Virus record (IMG/VR): IMGVR_UViG_3300008516_000159
Strand: one strand, 5' to 3'
DNA: 64,000 bases
Origin: a virus
Made by a program: the position numbers and the translations under genes
In this document: one piece after another, positions 45,197-53,255 of the stretch
Position numbering within the stretch: the stretch's first letter is position 1
How the letters are laid out: each line of letters starts with the position of its first letter
The notes under the pieces: generated by a model
Databases searched by the model: none
What the model saw: the letters and a program-made list of their open reading frames with translations, nothing else
Told to the model about the DNA's origin: nothing

Positions 45197-45600
45197 AAAA
45201 ATTCCTTATAAAAAGGCCTCTCGTTAGATTTCTTTTTTTTAGCTTCCAACACTCTTATAGAAAAATAATGCTCACAACTGCCGTCTAAGTGTTTTTTTGA
45301 AATATACAACACTTTATCTACATCTGGAACATATACTGCCCAACCATCTATTAAATCCATGTCTATAGCCACTTCTTTGCTATTTACAACATTGTAAAAA
45401 GGTATATGAATCAAACCTTCCCAGCCTTTTCTATTAACCGATCTATACTTCACTTGCAGTCTTACGGTCTTTGATCCTTTGACCGCAATCAGATCAACAG
45501 AGGAATAATCTCCGAATGGCAAGAAGATTTCGTAACCTCTATCGATTAAATCGTCAATTACTTTAGTTAAGCCTTTTACGCCCTTTTCGTTTGTGTTCAC
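45175..45600 (-). CDS. PD-(D/E)XK endonuclease, I-Ssp6803I-like
   Basis: EKG...PFGDYSSVDLI...RLQVKY..ID.WAVY.P; stop inside tRNA-Ser. Confidence 0.88.
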   Translation of the reverse strand: MNTNEKGVKGLTKVIDDLIDRGYEIFLPFGDYSSVDLIAVKGSKTVRLQVKYRSVNRKGWEGLIHIPFYNVVNSKEVAIDMDLIDGWAVYVPDVDKVLYISKKHLDGSCEHYFSIRVLEAKKKKSNERPFYKEFLEGCDNW

Positions 45601-45607
45601 TGTTTTA

Positions 45608-46003
45608 TCATTTCAAAAGTCTTTTTGCTTTTAAACGCTTTTCGTCTTTCTCTTTTAGCATTGGAATATCGAGCCCGAATTGTTTGTTAAACAATCTCCG
45701 GCCGTCAGATGAATGAACCAATGTTAAGTTGCTATAAACACAACCGCCAACACCATTGGCTTTTCTGTGTATAACGCGAACATTAGTTTGAGGCCAGACA
45801 ATACCAGCACCATCTTTTTTAACGACGGTTTTCAAAGGTGTGATAACAGCAAGAGTATCTCCAACATCAAGTTCAATTCTCTCTAGCAAGCCAATGGCAC
45901 CAATGAGTCTTTCATTGCCATTTTCGTCAGGCGCGGATATAGTAAATCCAGAAATGTTACAGGGTTCTAAAAGTGGCCCAAACACGAGTTTTTTCGTCTT
46001 CAT
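45608..46003 (-). CDS. Hypothetical protein ending LKAKRLLK
   Basis: Co-oriented run. Confidence 0.7.
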   Translation of the reverse strand: MKTKKLVFGPLLEPCNISGFTISAPDENGNERLIGAIGLLERIELDVGDTLAVITPLKTVVKKDGAGIVWPQTNVRVIHRKANGVGGCVYSNLTLVHSSDGRRLFNKQFGLDIPMLKEKDEKRLKAKRLLK

Positions 46004-46027
46004 ACTATGATCCTATTAAATTAATTC

Positions 46028-46399
46028 CTATTTCCTAAGCAATTTAAGTGCAAAATCAGACGCCTTGTCGAACAATATAATGATCTCCATTCGCGAGTTT
46101 TCGCCTGAAACTGATTTGATCGTATGGTTTACAAAACAAATATCACCACTCCACTGTTCCATCCAATCACGAAGTCTCTCGAAGGTGTCAGCTATTATTT
46201 CAATCATCCTACGAGTTCTTATACCAAAGAATGATACTCTTACCCCAACAGAAAACGACTGCTTGCGACTATCAAGCTTTCCACTCTTGCTAACAAAAAC
46301 ATCATACGGTAGCGAATCTATAGAGACAGCATCGCTGCTTCCTTCAATTTTGTCATACAAAGAAAGTATTATATTTTGGTATGTTTCTATATCTAACAT
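46028..46399 (-). CDS. Hypothetical protein
   Basis: Follows tRNA-Ser. Confidence 0.65.
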   Translation of the reverse strand: MLDIETYQNIILSLYDKIEGSSDAVSIDSLPYDVFVSKSGKLDSRKQSFSVGVRVSFFGIRTRRMIEIIADTFERLRDWMEQWSGDICFVNHTIKSVSGENSRMEIIILFDKASDFALKLLRK

Positions 46400-46407
46400 T
46401 TTCTATG

Positions 46408-46490
46408 CGGAGGCGGAGGGATTCGAACCCCCAAGCCGTTACCGACCACTCGGGTTCAAACCGAGCTGACTACCGTTATCACACGCCTCC
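46408..46490 (-). tRNA. tRNA-Ser(UGA)
   Basis: Loop UU-UGA-AC, long arm, G73. Confidence 0.92.
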
Positions 46491-46678
46491 TACTTCATCC
46501 CGTATCGTTTTCTTATTTCTTCCCAGGCTATATTATGACGAATCAAATCCTTTGCCCACTCGGCCCGATGCCGCTTTCTTTCTTTGTTAAGTCGTCGACG
46601 CGCTATAATAAACAATACAGTCGCGACGAACATGCCAAAAACAGCAAGCAAAAATCCAAGTATTTTTACAAAGTCCAT
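46490..46678 (-). CDS. Small membrane protein
   Basis: N-terminal TM helix, basic tail. Confidence 0.7.
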   Translation of the reverse strand: MDFVKILGFLLAVFGMFVATVLFIIARRRLNKERKRHRAEWAKDLIRHNIAWEEIRKRYGMK

Positions 46679-46679
46679 T

Positions 46680-46753
46680 CTGGCCTGAGAGGATTTGAAC
46701 CTCTAGCCTTCTGATTCAGAGTCAGACGCTCTACCAAATTGCGCTACAGGCCA
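46680..46753 (-). tRNA. tRNA-Gln(CUG)
   Basis: U1-A72, loop CU-CUG-AA, G73. Confidence 0.92.
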
Positions 46754-46852
46754 TCGCGTCGCCTAACAGCTCATCTACATCATTACAATGTTGATTTTGG
46801 CATAAGCCTCAGGAATCCTGGTATGCGACGCAGTACTACGATCCCTTTTTCC

Positions 46853-47224
46853 CTAAAACGGCATTGGTATTAAATAGCTACGCGTATATGAATCGTTTAC
46901 GTACATCGGACCAATTCGGCTGTCAGAAAAGGTACTCTTTTCCACTTCCAGTTTAGCAACGCCTTTTTTATCCACAAAAGCCTTGAACCGGCTTTGCTCT
47001 ATCAACATAATACAATAGTATTCGCCGTCGTCGGAGATCATAGTTACAGCGTACACGAATTCGCCAAAAACACCACCCATGAACTCAACGATTGGTACAT
47101 CAAAGAGACCTTGATATTTAATAGTAATATCATGATCTACGCCATATGCTCTGAATGTGCTTTCTTCGGCATATGCCATGGTAACCATAAAAAACAACAC
47201 CATAAAAATCAAAAGCTTTTTCAT
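46853..47224 (-). CDS. Secreted hypothetical protein
   Basis: Start MKKLLIFMVLFF..AYA signal peptide. Confidence 0.7.
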   Translation of the reverse strand: MKKLLIFMVLFFMVTMAYAEESTFRAYGVDHDITIKYQGLFDVPIVEFMGGVFGEFVYAVTMISDDGEYYCIMLIEQSRFKAFVDKKGVAKLEVEKSTFSDSRIGPMYVNDSYTRSYLIPMPF

Positions 47225-47259
47225 ATTATCCATCCTAATGTCAAGCTGTTCTATCCTTG

Positions 47260-47469
47260 TTACAACATTGTGCTCGTCCCAATTCCCGGTGGGCAATCTG
47301 AAATCATCCATGCAATTGCAAGAATAAAAAAGTAGGCTATCAATATTGCTCCTATCCAAACAGGGCATGTGTGTCGATAAATTATGGCGAGTATAAAACC
47401 ACCAAGCCCAACTGCTGTCAAGATACACAAAATCCCTTGCACTTTCATATTATCCTTCGTATTCCTCAT
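47260..47469 (-). CDS. Small membrane protein
   Basis: Two TM segments. Confidence 0.55.
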   Translation of the reverse strand: MRNTKDNMKVQGILCILTAVGLGGFILAIIYRHTCPVWIGAILIAYFFILAIAWMISDCPPGIGTSTML

Positions 47470-48469
47470 GCTGCTGCGTCACTCTTATAAAAGTGGTACA
47501 CTTGCTGAGTTGTTTCAATGATGGCGCACCAACATAAGTACAGGTTGACCTAAGCCCGCCCAATATTTCTCTAATCGTGTCTATGACACGCCCTTTGTAC
47601 GCCACATCAATGGTCCTCCCTTCTGAGGCACGGTGAGCTTTAGGCCCACCATGGTACCGTTTTTGCGCCGTCTCTGAGGACATGCCATAGAACTTCATAT
47701 TTCCTTGTTCATCAACATTACCACATTCACTATGGCCAGCTAACATACCACCAAGCATAACGAAGTCAGCACCAGCTCCGAAAGCTTTCGCGACATCACC
47801 GGGACATCTGCAACCGCCATCAGATATAATATGTCCTTTCAGGCCGTGGGCCGCATCAGCACATTCAATAATAGCCGAAAGCTGTGGATAACCGACCCCA
47901 GTCTTCAATCTTGTAGTACAAACCGATCCCGAACCGATACCAACCTTGACTATATCAGCACCGGATAAAATCAATTGTTCAGTCATCTCCGCAGTTACAA
48001 CGTTACCGGCTATTATAGTAACTTCAGGAAATCTTTTGCGAGCTTTTTGAACAAAGTCCGCAAAATACTCTCCATAACCGTTAGCCACGTCGATGCATAT
48101 GAACTCCAGGAAATCAGTTGTCAGCTCGCCTATTGCTTCAAATTTATCTAACTCTTCCTCGCGAGCACCTATACTAATCGCTCCGTAATATGGAAAGAAC
48201 ATATGTATGTTTTTTTTCCAATCTTCCAAATTATAATACTTATGTATAGCTGTAAATATATATTGATCTCTGAGAGCAGAGTGCATCTCAAAGCTACCTA
48301 TCGTGTCCATGTTAGATGCCATTATTGGAATGCCTTTCCAATAAAGACCAGAATGTTTAAAATGGTAATCGCGTTCTAAATCTACATCTTTCCTGGATCG
48401 CAATGTACTTCTCTTTGGACGAATCAAAACGTCCTTGAAATCAAGTTTTACGTCATCATCTAATCTCAT
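47450..48469 (-). CDS. guaC: GMP reductase
   Basis: [59 protein letters not shown]. Confidence 0.96.
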   Translation of the reverse strand: MRLDDDVKLDFKDVLIRPKRSTLRSRKDVDLERDYHFKHSGLYWKGIPIMASNMDTIGSFEMHSALRDQYIFTAIHKYYNLEDWKKNIHMFFPYYGAISIGAREEELDKFEAIGELTTDFLEFICIDVANGYGEYFADFVQKARKRFPEVTIIAGNVVTAEMTEQLILSGADIVKVGIGSGSVCTTRLKTGVGYPQLSAIIECADAAHGLKGHIISDGGCRCPGDVAKAFGAGADFVMLGGMLAGHSECGNVDEQGNMKFYGMSSETAQKRYHGGPKAHRASEGRTIDVAYKGRVIDTIREILGGLRSTCTYVGAPSLKQLSKCTTFIRVTQQHEEYEG

Positions 48470-48478
48470 TTTAAGGCC

Positions 48479-48709
48479 TTACCATATCATTTCGGAAAGT
48501 AACCACTTTTCACATATTCTAGAGAACGGTATCACCACGCCATCTGGCCCGAATTTAATATCCCCCCTGCTGTTATGAGGGTCGCAATCTGACGGATACA
48601 TGCAACTTTTATCGTAATAATGACAGCTGTCGCACGATCTACCATATTGCAAAAGGAGCTTTGCACGTTCTATTTTTGTTCGACCAGGTATTGATACACA
48701 AGACATCAC
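48479..48709 (-). CDS. KAKxLL/Cys4 paralog
   Basis: RAKLLLQYGRSCDSC..CEKW. Confidence 0.75.
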   Translation of the reverse strand: MMSCVSIPGRTKIERAKLLLQYGRSCDSCHYYDKSCMYPSDCDPHNSRGDIKFGPDGVVIPFSRICEKWLLSEMIW

Positions 48710-48993
48710 TCAAACCGCTTCGCCGCTTCTCTTTCAGCCTGAATAGAGGTAACTGCCAGTTCAGCAAGCGCCCATCTGGCACATACTCTCATTTCTGGTA
48801 TTTCGCCATGACGCGCCGACAAACCGCGATCTAAGCCGACCGTGCATTTTTCATTAGGACCATAAAAATCATAAGCCAATGATTCTTCGCAATGATGATT
48901 AAAATATTCACAGCTATCGCAAGATCTGCCGTATTTCAAAAGTAGCTTGCTGCGCACTATTTTTATTTGACTCTCTTCTGCTACGTAATGCAT
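48706..48993 (-). CDS. KAKxLL/Cys4 paralog
   Basis: RSKLLLKYGRSCDSC..CARW. Confidence 0.75.
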   Translation of the reverse strand: MHYVAEESQIKIVRSKLLLKYGRSCDSCEYFNHHCEESLAYDFYGPNEKCTVGLDRGLSARHGEIPEMRVCARWALAELAVTSIQAEREAAKRFE

Positions 48994-49004
48994 TTTTTCG
49001 TGTT

Positions 49005-49271
49005 TTAATCAGCCTCTTCGTCATCTTCAAACGTTACTTCAGATATTTTTAGCTTAGCGAGCACCCAGCTGTCGCATGTTCTTGTTTCCGGTAAATCTAA
49101 GCCTCGCTCTGTGGTTAACATACACGCCTCGCTGAAGCCATAAAAACCATGATCCCGTGGCTCCTTGCAATTATAATCAAAGTGTTCGCAGCTATCGCAA
49201 GATTTGCCGTATTTCAAAAGCAGCTTAGTGCGCTCTGTTTTTATTTGACTCTCTTTTGGTACGTAATACAT
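49005..49271 (-). CDS. KAKxLL/Cys4 paralog
   Basis: RTKLLLKYGKSCDSC..CDSW. Confidence 0.75.
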   Translation of the reverse strand: MYYVPKESQIKTERTKLLLKYGKSCDSCEHFDYNCKEPRDHGFYGFSEACMLTTERGLDLPETRTCDSWVLAKLKISEVTFEDDEEAD

Positions 49272-49474
49272 TCAGATAGTATCCAGTAACCGCACATCTT
49301 TTCTTTTGGCATATCGCCGAAAACACAATCTACGTAATCCTCTCCATCAAACGTTTTGAGCAAACAATAATAATTGACTTTAAAACGACCGCAACTTTCA
49401 CAAGCTCGTCCACATCTTAAAATTAATTTAGCTTGTTCTCTCTTTATTTCATTTTCATCTGTTCTGTAATACAT
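49241..49474 (-). CDS. KAKxLL/Cys4 paralog
   Basis: QAKLIL.CGRACESC..CGYW. Confidence 0.75.
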   Translation of the reverse strand: MYYRTDENEIKREQAKLILRCGRACESCGRFKVNYYCLLKTFDGEDYVDCVFGDMPKEKMCGYWILSECITYQKRVK

Positions 49475-49494
49475 TTCATACTTATATATGTATG

Positions 49495-49568
49495 GGTGAC
49501 CGAAGGGATTCGAACCCTCGAATACCGGTTCCACAGACCGGCGCCTTTACCGCTCGGCCACGGCCACC
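49495..49568 (-). tRNA. tRNA-His(GUG) with encoded G-1
   Basis: G-1:C73, loop CU-GUG-GA. Confidence 0.93.
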
Positions 49569-49573
49569 GCGTG

Positions 49574-49647
49574 CTGACCCGAGTGGGATCGAACCACTAA
49601 CATCCAGATTCAAAGTCTGGCGCTCTACCAAATTGAACTACGGGTCA
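49574..49647 (-). tRNA. tRNA-Gln(UUG)
   Basis: U1-A72, loop CU-UUG-AA. Confidence 0.92.
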
Positions 49648-49869
49648 TTCTCTGAGGCGCGCTCTCAACATCGCTCCGACAACATGAGCCGCCATTTTAA
49701 CCATATCTTTATTACGTTCTGTTGAGTATATCGAAACTACAGATTGCTCTATGTCTACATGTACGTTAGGAATGGTCGATATGGTGAGAAGTGCTTTTTT
49801 GATGCCAACAACCCTTTCGGGCGTAAGGCCATCAACAAAGTAGCTATACCATTTCAGCTTTGCAGTCAC
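49645..49869 (-). CDS. Small ferredoxin-like-fold protein
   Basis: beta-alpha-beta-beta-alpha-beta hydrophobic pattern, GTG start. Confidence 0.55.
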   Translation of the reverse strand: MTAKLKWYSYFVDGLTPERVVGIKKALLTISTIPNVHVDIEQSVVSIYSTERNKDMVKMAAHVVGAMLRARLRE

Positions 49870-49931
49870 GAGCTTTCTCCTGAATGCTTATCATTGTATC
49901 GCTTCTTTGTTGTTTTGTAAAGCTATAAGCG

Positions 49932-50006
49932 CTCCCCCGGATAGACTCGAACTATCATCTCCAGCCCAAGCGGCTGGTGTCTTAAGGGACGTCTCCCCAC
50001 GAAAGT
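49932..50006 (-). pseudogene. tRNA-like element with abnormal D region
   Basis: T arm GAUAG UUCGAGU CUAUC and stem CCAGC/GCUGG intact; loop CGCUUGG lacks U33; weak acceptor. Confidence 0.5.
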
Positions 50007-50073
50007 AACTAACATATAAACCAACTAGTATGTTTAAATGTGTTTTCTTTCTCCATGCTAGACGACGAGAGAT

Positions 50074-50146
50074 TGGAGCTGGGGGGATTCGAACCCCCAA
50101 TATCCTGAGTGCAAATCAGGCATCTTCCCAGTTTGATCACAGCCCC
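50074..50146 (-). tRNA. tRNA-Ala(UGC)
   Basis: G3-U70, loop UU-UGC-AC. Confidence 0.93.
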
Positions 50147-50529
50147 TAGGGTAATGTTAAAGCGTATTTGGCCTGTGCGGCTTTATTTGCTAACCTAACA
50201 TGACCATTTTTGATCATATTTTCTATGATGGTGTATGACACGTGCATAACCTTGTTGATAGTACCATCCTTCATAACGGCCGCAAAAATAACCGCGTTAT
50301 CTCTTACGTAATATTCAGGTCCACTTATGTGTAGGACGCCATCAAATCTGACGTATTTGGTAAGTTTTTTAAGTTCTTCTTTTGTTATAACAGAATACGC
50401 TGGCAGCATAATCTGTTCTTTCTCGACTGGATATTTATTCCAGTCTATTTCGTAAACCTTGGCTAATTTAAAAAAATTATGTTCGGGTTTCATTGTTAGT
50501 GTGATTTCGGTAACTTCGTCCGTGTCCAT
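50146..50529 (-). CDS. Hypothetical protein
   Basis: RBS aagga; tail AQAKYAL. Confidence 0.7.
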   Translation of the reverse strand: MDTDEVTEITLTMKPEHNFFKLAKVYEIDWNKYPVEKEQIMLPAYSVITKEELKKLTKYVRFDGVLHISGPEYYVRDNAVIFAAVMKDGTINKVMHVSYTIIENMIKNGHVRLANKAAQAKYALTLP

Positions 50530-50541
50530 GTAACGATCCTT

Positions 50542-50580
50542 AAAAAAAAAATATAAAGCCTGAGACTAGAGCTCTATATG
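50542..50580 (-). terminator. Intrinsic terminator closing the large ncRNA
   Basis: AUAUAGAGC...GCUUUAUAU followed by U-run. Confidence 0.65.
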
Positions 50581-51410
50581 TTAACCCTTTCATTCCCTTA
50601 CGGTTTGGGTGCTATCCAAACCTTAGGAACTTATCCACCGATCCAGGACCGGTAGGTTAACACAGCTGCTTTTTTATACTGGTAGCGGTTCCAGTGTCGC
50701 ACTGAATCACTCGGCTATCTGGGTACCGTCAGCCTTGCGAGCTGTAAAGAGGCGCTAACCTCACCGTGCTCCTTTCAACCAACCTTCCGCCGCCTTGCGA
50801 GCCTTGGAAAGTCCATATTCCCCGAAGGGTACGGAGTTGAGCTGCTTTCATCCAGCACCGGGTCAGTCTTTGCAGATATTCCAACGTATCGGAATCGAAC
50901 CGATCACATTATGCTCCTCAAGGCATACGCTCTACCAAACTGAGCTAACATTGATAAAACGGGTCACCCCGCGGCAACACCGTGCTAACCCACCAGTTTC
51001 ATAGGCTTTTGGCCTACGGAATGCCGGACGGTGCTTGTCTTTCCCTTGCCAGGTACTGAACGGTTTTTCAAGATCGATGTGCTCCCAACGCATACCGTTG
51101 GGCGGATATGCCCACCAACCTATCAAACTGCTATGAGGCGCTCACTTGCGAGGCTCGCACAACATAACTACTGTTCACTCTCCTGTTTGACCGATTTTGG
51201 TTGCAAGTAATCGATTTCCAGTCGAAAGAAATAATGCCAGTGTTACCCACATCATTTCCTGTCCTTGCTCGGCGTCCACACAAGCTCCGCGAGGACCGCG
51301 AAGCCATTGGAGTGTCAGCTTGCTTGAATTGACCATCCGAAGATGGCGACGGTCGCCAACCCGCCTTTACAGTCCTTGCGAACTGCTGTCAATGTCAAGC
51401 CACTATATAC
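50579..51410 (-). ncRNA. Large ornate ncRNA, GOLLD-like, with embedded tRNA
   Basis: About 830 nt GC-rich, no credible ORF, over 10 hairpins with GCAA/UUCG loops, long-range GUUAACC/GGUUAAC, own promoter motif and terminator. Confidence 0.7.
50880..50954 (-). tRNA. Embedded tRNA-like domain with 8-nt anticodon loop (CUUGAGGA)
   Basis: D arm GCUC AGUUUGGUA GAGC; stem UAUGC/GCAUA; T arm AUCGG UUCGAUU CCGAU. Confidence 0.75.
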
Positions 51411-51446
51411 TTTTTTCAAAGAACAATCTTTTCTTGGAATGCAGAG

Positions 51447-51455
51447 TTATATATG
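51447..51455 (-). promoter_or_regulatory. Candidate phage promoter motif CATATATAA
   Basis: Recurrent motif in front of genes and RNAs. Confidence 0.5.
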
Positions 51456-51484
51456 CTTCCAGAAATAGCTTTTTTTTATCTTTT

Positions 51485-51703
51485 TTAATAACCGCTTATC
51501 TCAATACTTCTGGATGTTCCACAGCCAGGGCACTTAACATCAACAGAAAGTTCTCCGTGAGATCCACAAAGCTCACAAGGACTACTCCAGTGATTAAACG
51601 CAAACTCGTCAACTTTCACTCTGTGTGATTTATCACACTTGCTGCAGTGAAACTTCACAGTAATACTTTCTAAAGTGAATTCGATCTTCTTGCCTCTGGC
51701 CAT
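51485..51703 (-). CDS. Zinc-ribbon protein
   Basis: CSKC, CELCG, CPGC; RBS aggagg. Confidence 0.75.
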   Translation of the reverse strand: MARGKKIEFTLESITVKFHCSKCDKSHRVKVDEFAFNHWSSPCELCGSHGELSVDVKCPGCGTSRSIEISGY

Positions 51704-51723
51704 GTTATCCTCCTAAGATCTAT

Positions 51724-51752
51724 ATTCTAAAGCTTTTTAGTCTTTTTGTAAA
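51724..51752 (-). promoter_or_regulatory. sigma70-type promoter
   Basis: TTTACA-N17-TAGAAT. Confidence 0.7.
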
Positions 51753-51791
51753 GTTTTTTCTATGTCAAAGAGCTAAGACTTTTTTGTTACT

Positions 51792-51866
51792 TCGGCCATC
51801 TCAGATTCGAACTGAGGATCTCATGCTCCCAGGGCATGCGGAGTGACCAAACTCTCCTAATGGCCG
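51792..51866 (-). tRNA. tRNA-Pro(UGG), C33
   Basis: C1-G72, A73, loop CC-UGG-GA. Confidence 0.87.
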
Positions 51867-51900
51867 TTCCAACTTTGTTTTACATAATCAATCCAATAAT

Positions 51901-51974
51901 TCGGGACGGCTGGATTCGAACCAGCGACTACCTGATCCCAGGTCAGGTGGGGTAGCCAGCTCCCCTACGCCCCG
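51901..51974 (-). tRNA. tRNA-Pro(UGG), C33
   Basis: C1-G72, A73, loop CC-UGG-GA. Confidence 0.87.
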
Positions 51975-52052
51975 TGGCACGTCCGCCAGGATTCGAACCC
52001 GGAACCAACTGCTTTGGAGGCAGCCGCTCTGCGCAATTAGAGCTACGGACGC
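51975..52052 (-). tRNA. tRNA-Trp(CCA) with encoded CCA, no spacer to tRNA-Pro
   Basis: Loop CU-CCA-AA, G73-CCA. Confidence 0.9.
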
Positions 52053-52136
52053 TTATTTGTTGGCGCTACAAGCAGATCTTACACTACACCATGGTAGTTA
52101 GTTTGGGATCTTGGCAGGGAAGCGCCAACTTCAGTG

Positions 52137-52211
52137 TGCCCGAGAGAGGAGTTGAACCTCCAAATTACACTGGTTCTAAGCCAGCAGCCTTTGCCATTTA
52201 GCCACTCGGGC
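52137..52211 (-). tRNA. tRNA-Leu(UAG) second copy, short variable loop
   Basis: Loop CU-UAG-AA; variable GUAAUU. Confidence 0.85.
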
Positions 52212-52215
52212 AATA

Positions 52216-52282
52216 AGGATAGACAGGATTCGAACCTTTTCTTTCATAGCGCGCCCTTTGAAAGTTTTACCTTTGTCTATCC
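52216..52282 (-). pseudogene. tRNA-like element (acceptor plus T arm, no D stem)
   Basis: GGAUAGAC/GUCUAUCC 8-bp helix, AGG UUCGAAU CCU, UUUCA/UGAAA stem with 12-nt loop. Confidence 0.6.
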
Positions 52283-52285
52283 ATG

Positions 52286-52357
52286 AGCGAGTGAGGGGAC
52301 TCGAACCCCTAATAAGTAGCTTGGAAGGCTACCGCCCTACCATTGGACGACACTCGC
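52286..52357 (-). tRNA. tRNA-Gly(UCC)
   Basis: Loop CU-UCC-AA, U73. Confidence 0.92.
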
Positions 52358-52555
52358 TTATTTCAAAGACCATTTATCACAGCCCCTGTTAAATATAACA
52401 TCGAGGACTAAATCTTTTTTCAAAAAACAATACTCATATACTCCAATTGGAGGACCGGCATCATCCTCTTTACAGTGCCGGCAATTACTGCATCTCTTTC
52501 CGTGCTTTAAAAGATCCTTGGCTGCATCCCTCTTCGCGTCTGACCTGCCAGTCAT
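52358..52555 (-). CDS. KAKxLL/Cys4 paralog
   Basis: AAKDLLKHGKRCSNC..CDKW. Confidence 0.75.
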   Translation of the reverse strand: MTGRSDAKRDAAKDLLKHGKRCSNCRHCKEDDAGPPIGVYEYCFLKKDLVLDVIFNRGCDKWSLK

Positions 52556-52697
52556 CACAATTCTTTCCTTTTTGCAGGTGCACAGTTGGTGTCGAATCGA
52601 AAAAACACATCCTAGCTCTTTGAACCACGCTAGCATACACACAATTACTGCATCCTCTTCCGTGCTTTAAAAGATCCTTGACTAATTCACGTTTCAT
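52485..52697 (-). CDS. KAKxLL/Cys4 paralog
   Basis: LVKDLLKHGRGCSNC..CDDW. Confidence 0.7.
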   Translation of the reverse strand: MKRELVKDLLKHGRGCSNCVYASVVQRARMCFFDSTPTVHLQKGKNCDDWQVRREEGCSQGSFKARKEMQ

Positions 52698-52900
52698 TGC
52701 CAGTATTTACATATCCCATCTACTGGAAACGCCATTGCGTATTTACCGGCATCCCCTTTTTCGTATCTACGATACTCAGAAGTGCAAAAAGCAATCGACA
52801 TACAAGTACGCCCGTCGGGGTTCAGAGCCATAAACTCACAACTCCGACACACTTTCCCGTATTTTAAAAGCCTCTTGGCTTTATTAGCAGACCGCTTCAT
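52694..52900 (-). CDS. KAKxLL/Cys4 paralog
   Basis: KAKRLLKYGKVCRSC..CKYWQ. Confidence 0.8.
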   Translation of the reverse strand: MKRSANKAKRLLKYGKVCRSCEFMALNPDGRTCMSIAFCTSEYRRYEKGDAGKYAMAFPVDGICKYWQ

Positions 52901-53103
52901 TGCCAGTATTTACACACCCTCTCTTCTGGTAACGGCATAGTATCTATCAACATAAAACGGTACTTCTTCGTGAGCCTGAGTTCATGATCACAGCGATAAA
53001 AAGGCTCATCATTCACTGTGAAAGCGTGGCTATGAAACTCGCAACTCCGACACTCTTTCCCGTATCTTAAAAGATCCTTAGCTTTACTCACAGACTGTTT
53101 CAT
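52897..53103 (-). CDS. KAKxLL/Cys4 paralog
   Basis: KAKDLLRYGKECRSC..CKYWQ. Confidence 0.8.
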   Translation of the reverse strand: MKQSVSKAKDLLRYGKECRSCEFHSHAFTVNDEPFYRCDHELRLTKKYRFMLIDTMPLPEERVCKYWQ

Positions 53104-53123
53104 CGCACGATTATATATGTCGC

Positions 53124-53150
53124 AAAAAAAAACCTCCCTTTGAGGGAGGT
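53124..53150 (-). terminator. Intrinsic terminator
   Basis: ACCUCCCU-CAA-AGGGAGGU followed by a U-run. Confidence 0.85.
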
Positions 53151-53171
53151 ATAACTATAATAGTCCGTCCC

Positions 53172-53255
53172 TCAGGTGCGCATAATTGGACCTACTCCGG
53201 CTATCGCGGAATGTGACCAAATAATACTAAACTGTTGCGGCTTGAGGTGTAACAT
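53172..53255 (-). CDS. 27-aa peptide MLHLKPQQFSIIWSHSAIAGVGPIMRT
   Basis: RBS aagga; followed by terminator. Confidence 0.4.
   Translation of the reverse strand: MLHLKPQQFSIIWSHSAIAGVGPIMRT

Noticed and set aside
50579-50880. Group I intron reading of the 3' half of the large RNA (AGACUG / UAGUCU looks like P7)
   Set aside because: Strands are about 300 nt apart, the 3' one lies in the terminator loop, and no P4/P6 core or exon context was found.
50795-51628. ORFs 50795..51004, 50932..51126 and 51197..51628
   Set aside because: No RBS or family signal; they overlap a tRNA and dense RNA hairpins, so likely shadow ORFs.
51792-51974. Reading one Pro tRNA as Pro(GGG)
   Set aside because: Stem register places UGG at 34-36 in both copies; GGG would need a non-standard loop.
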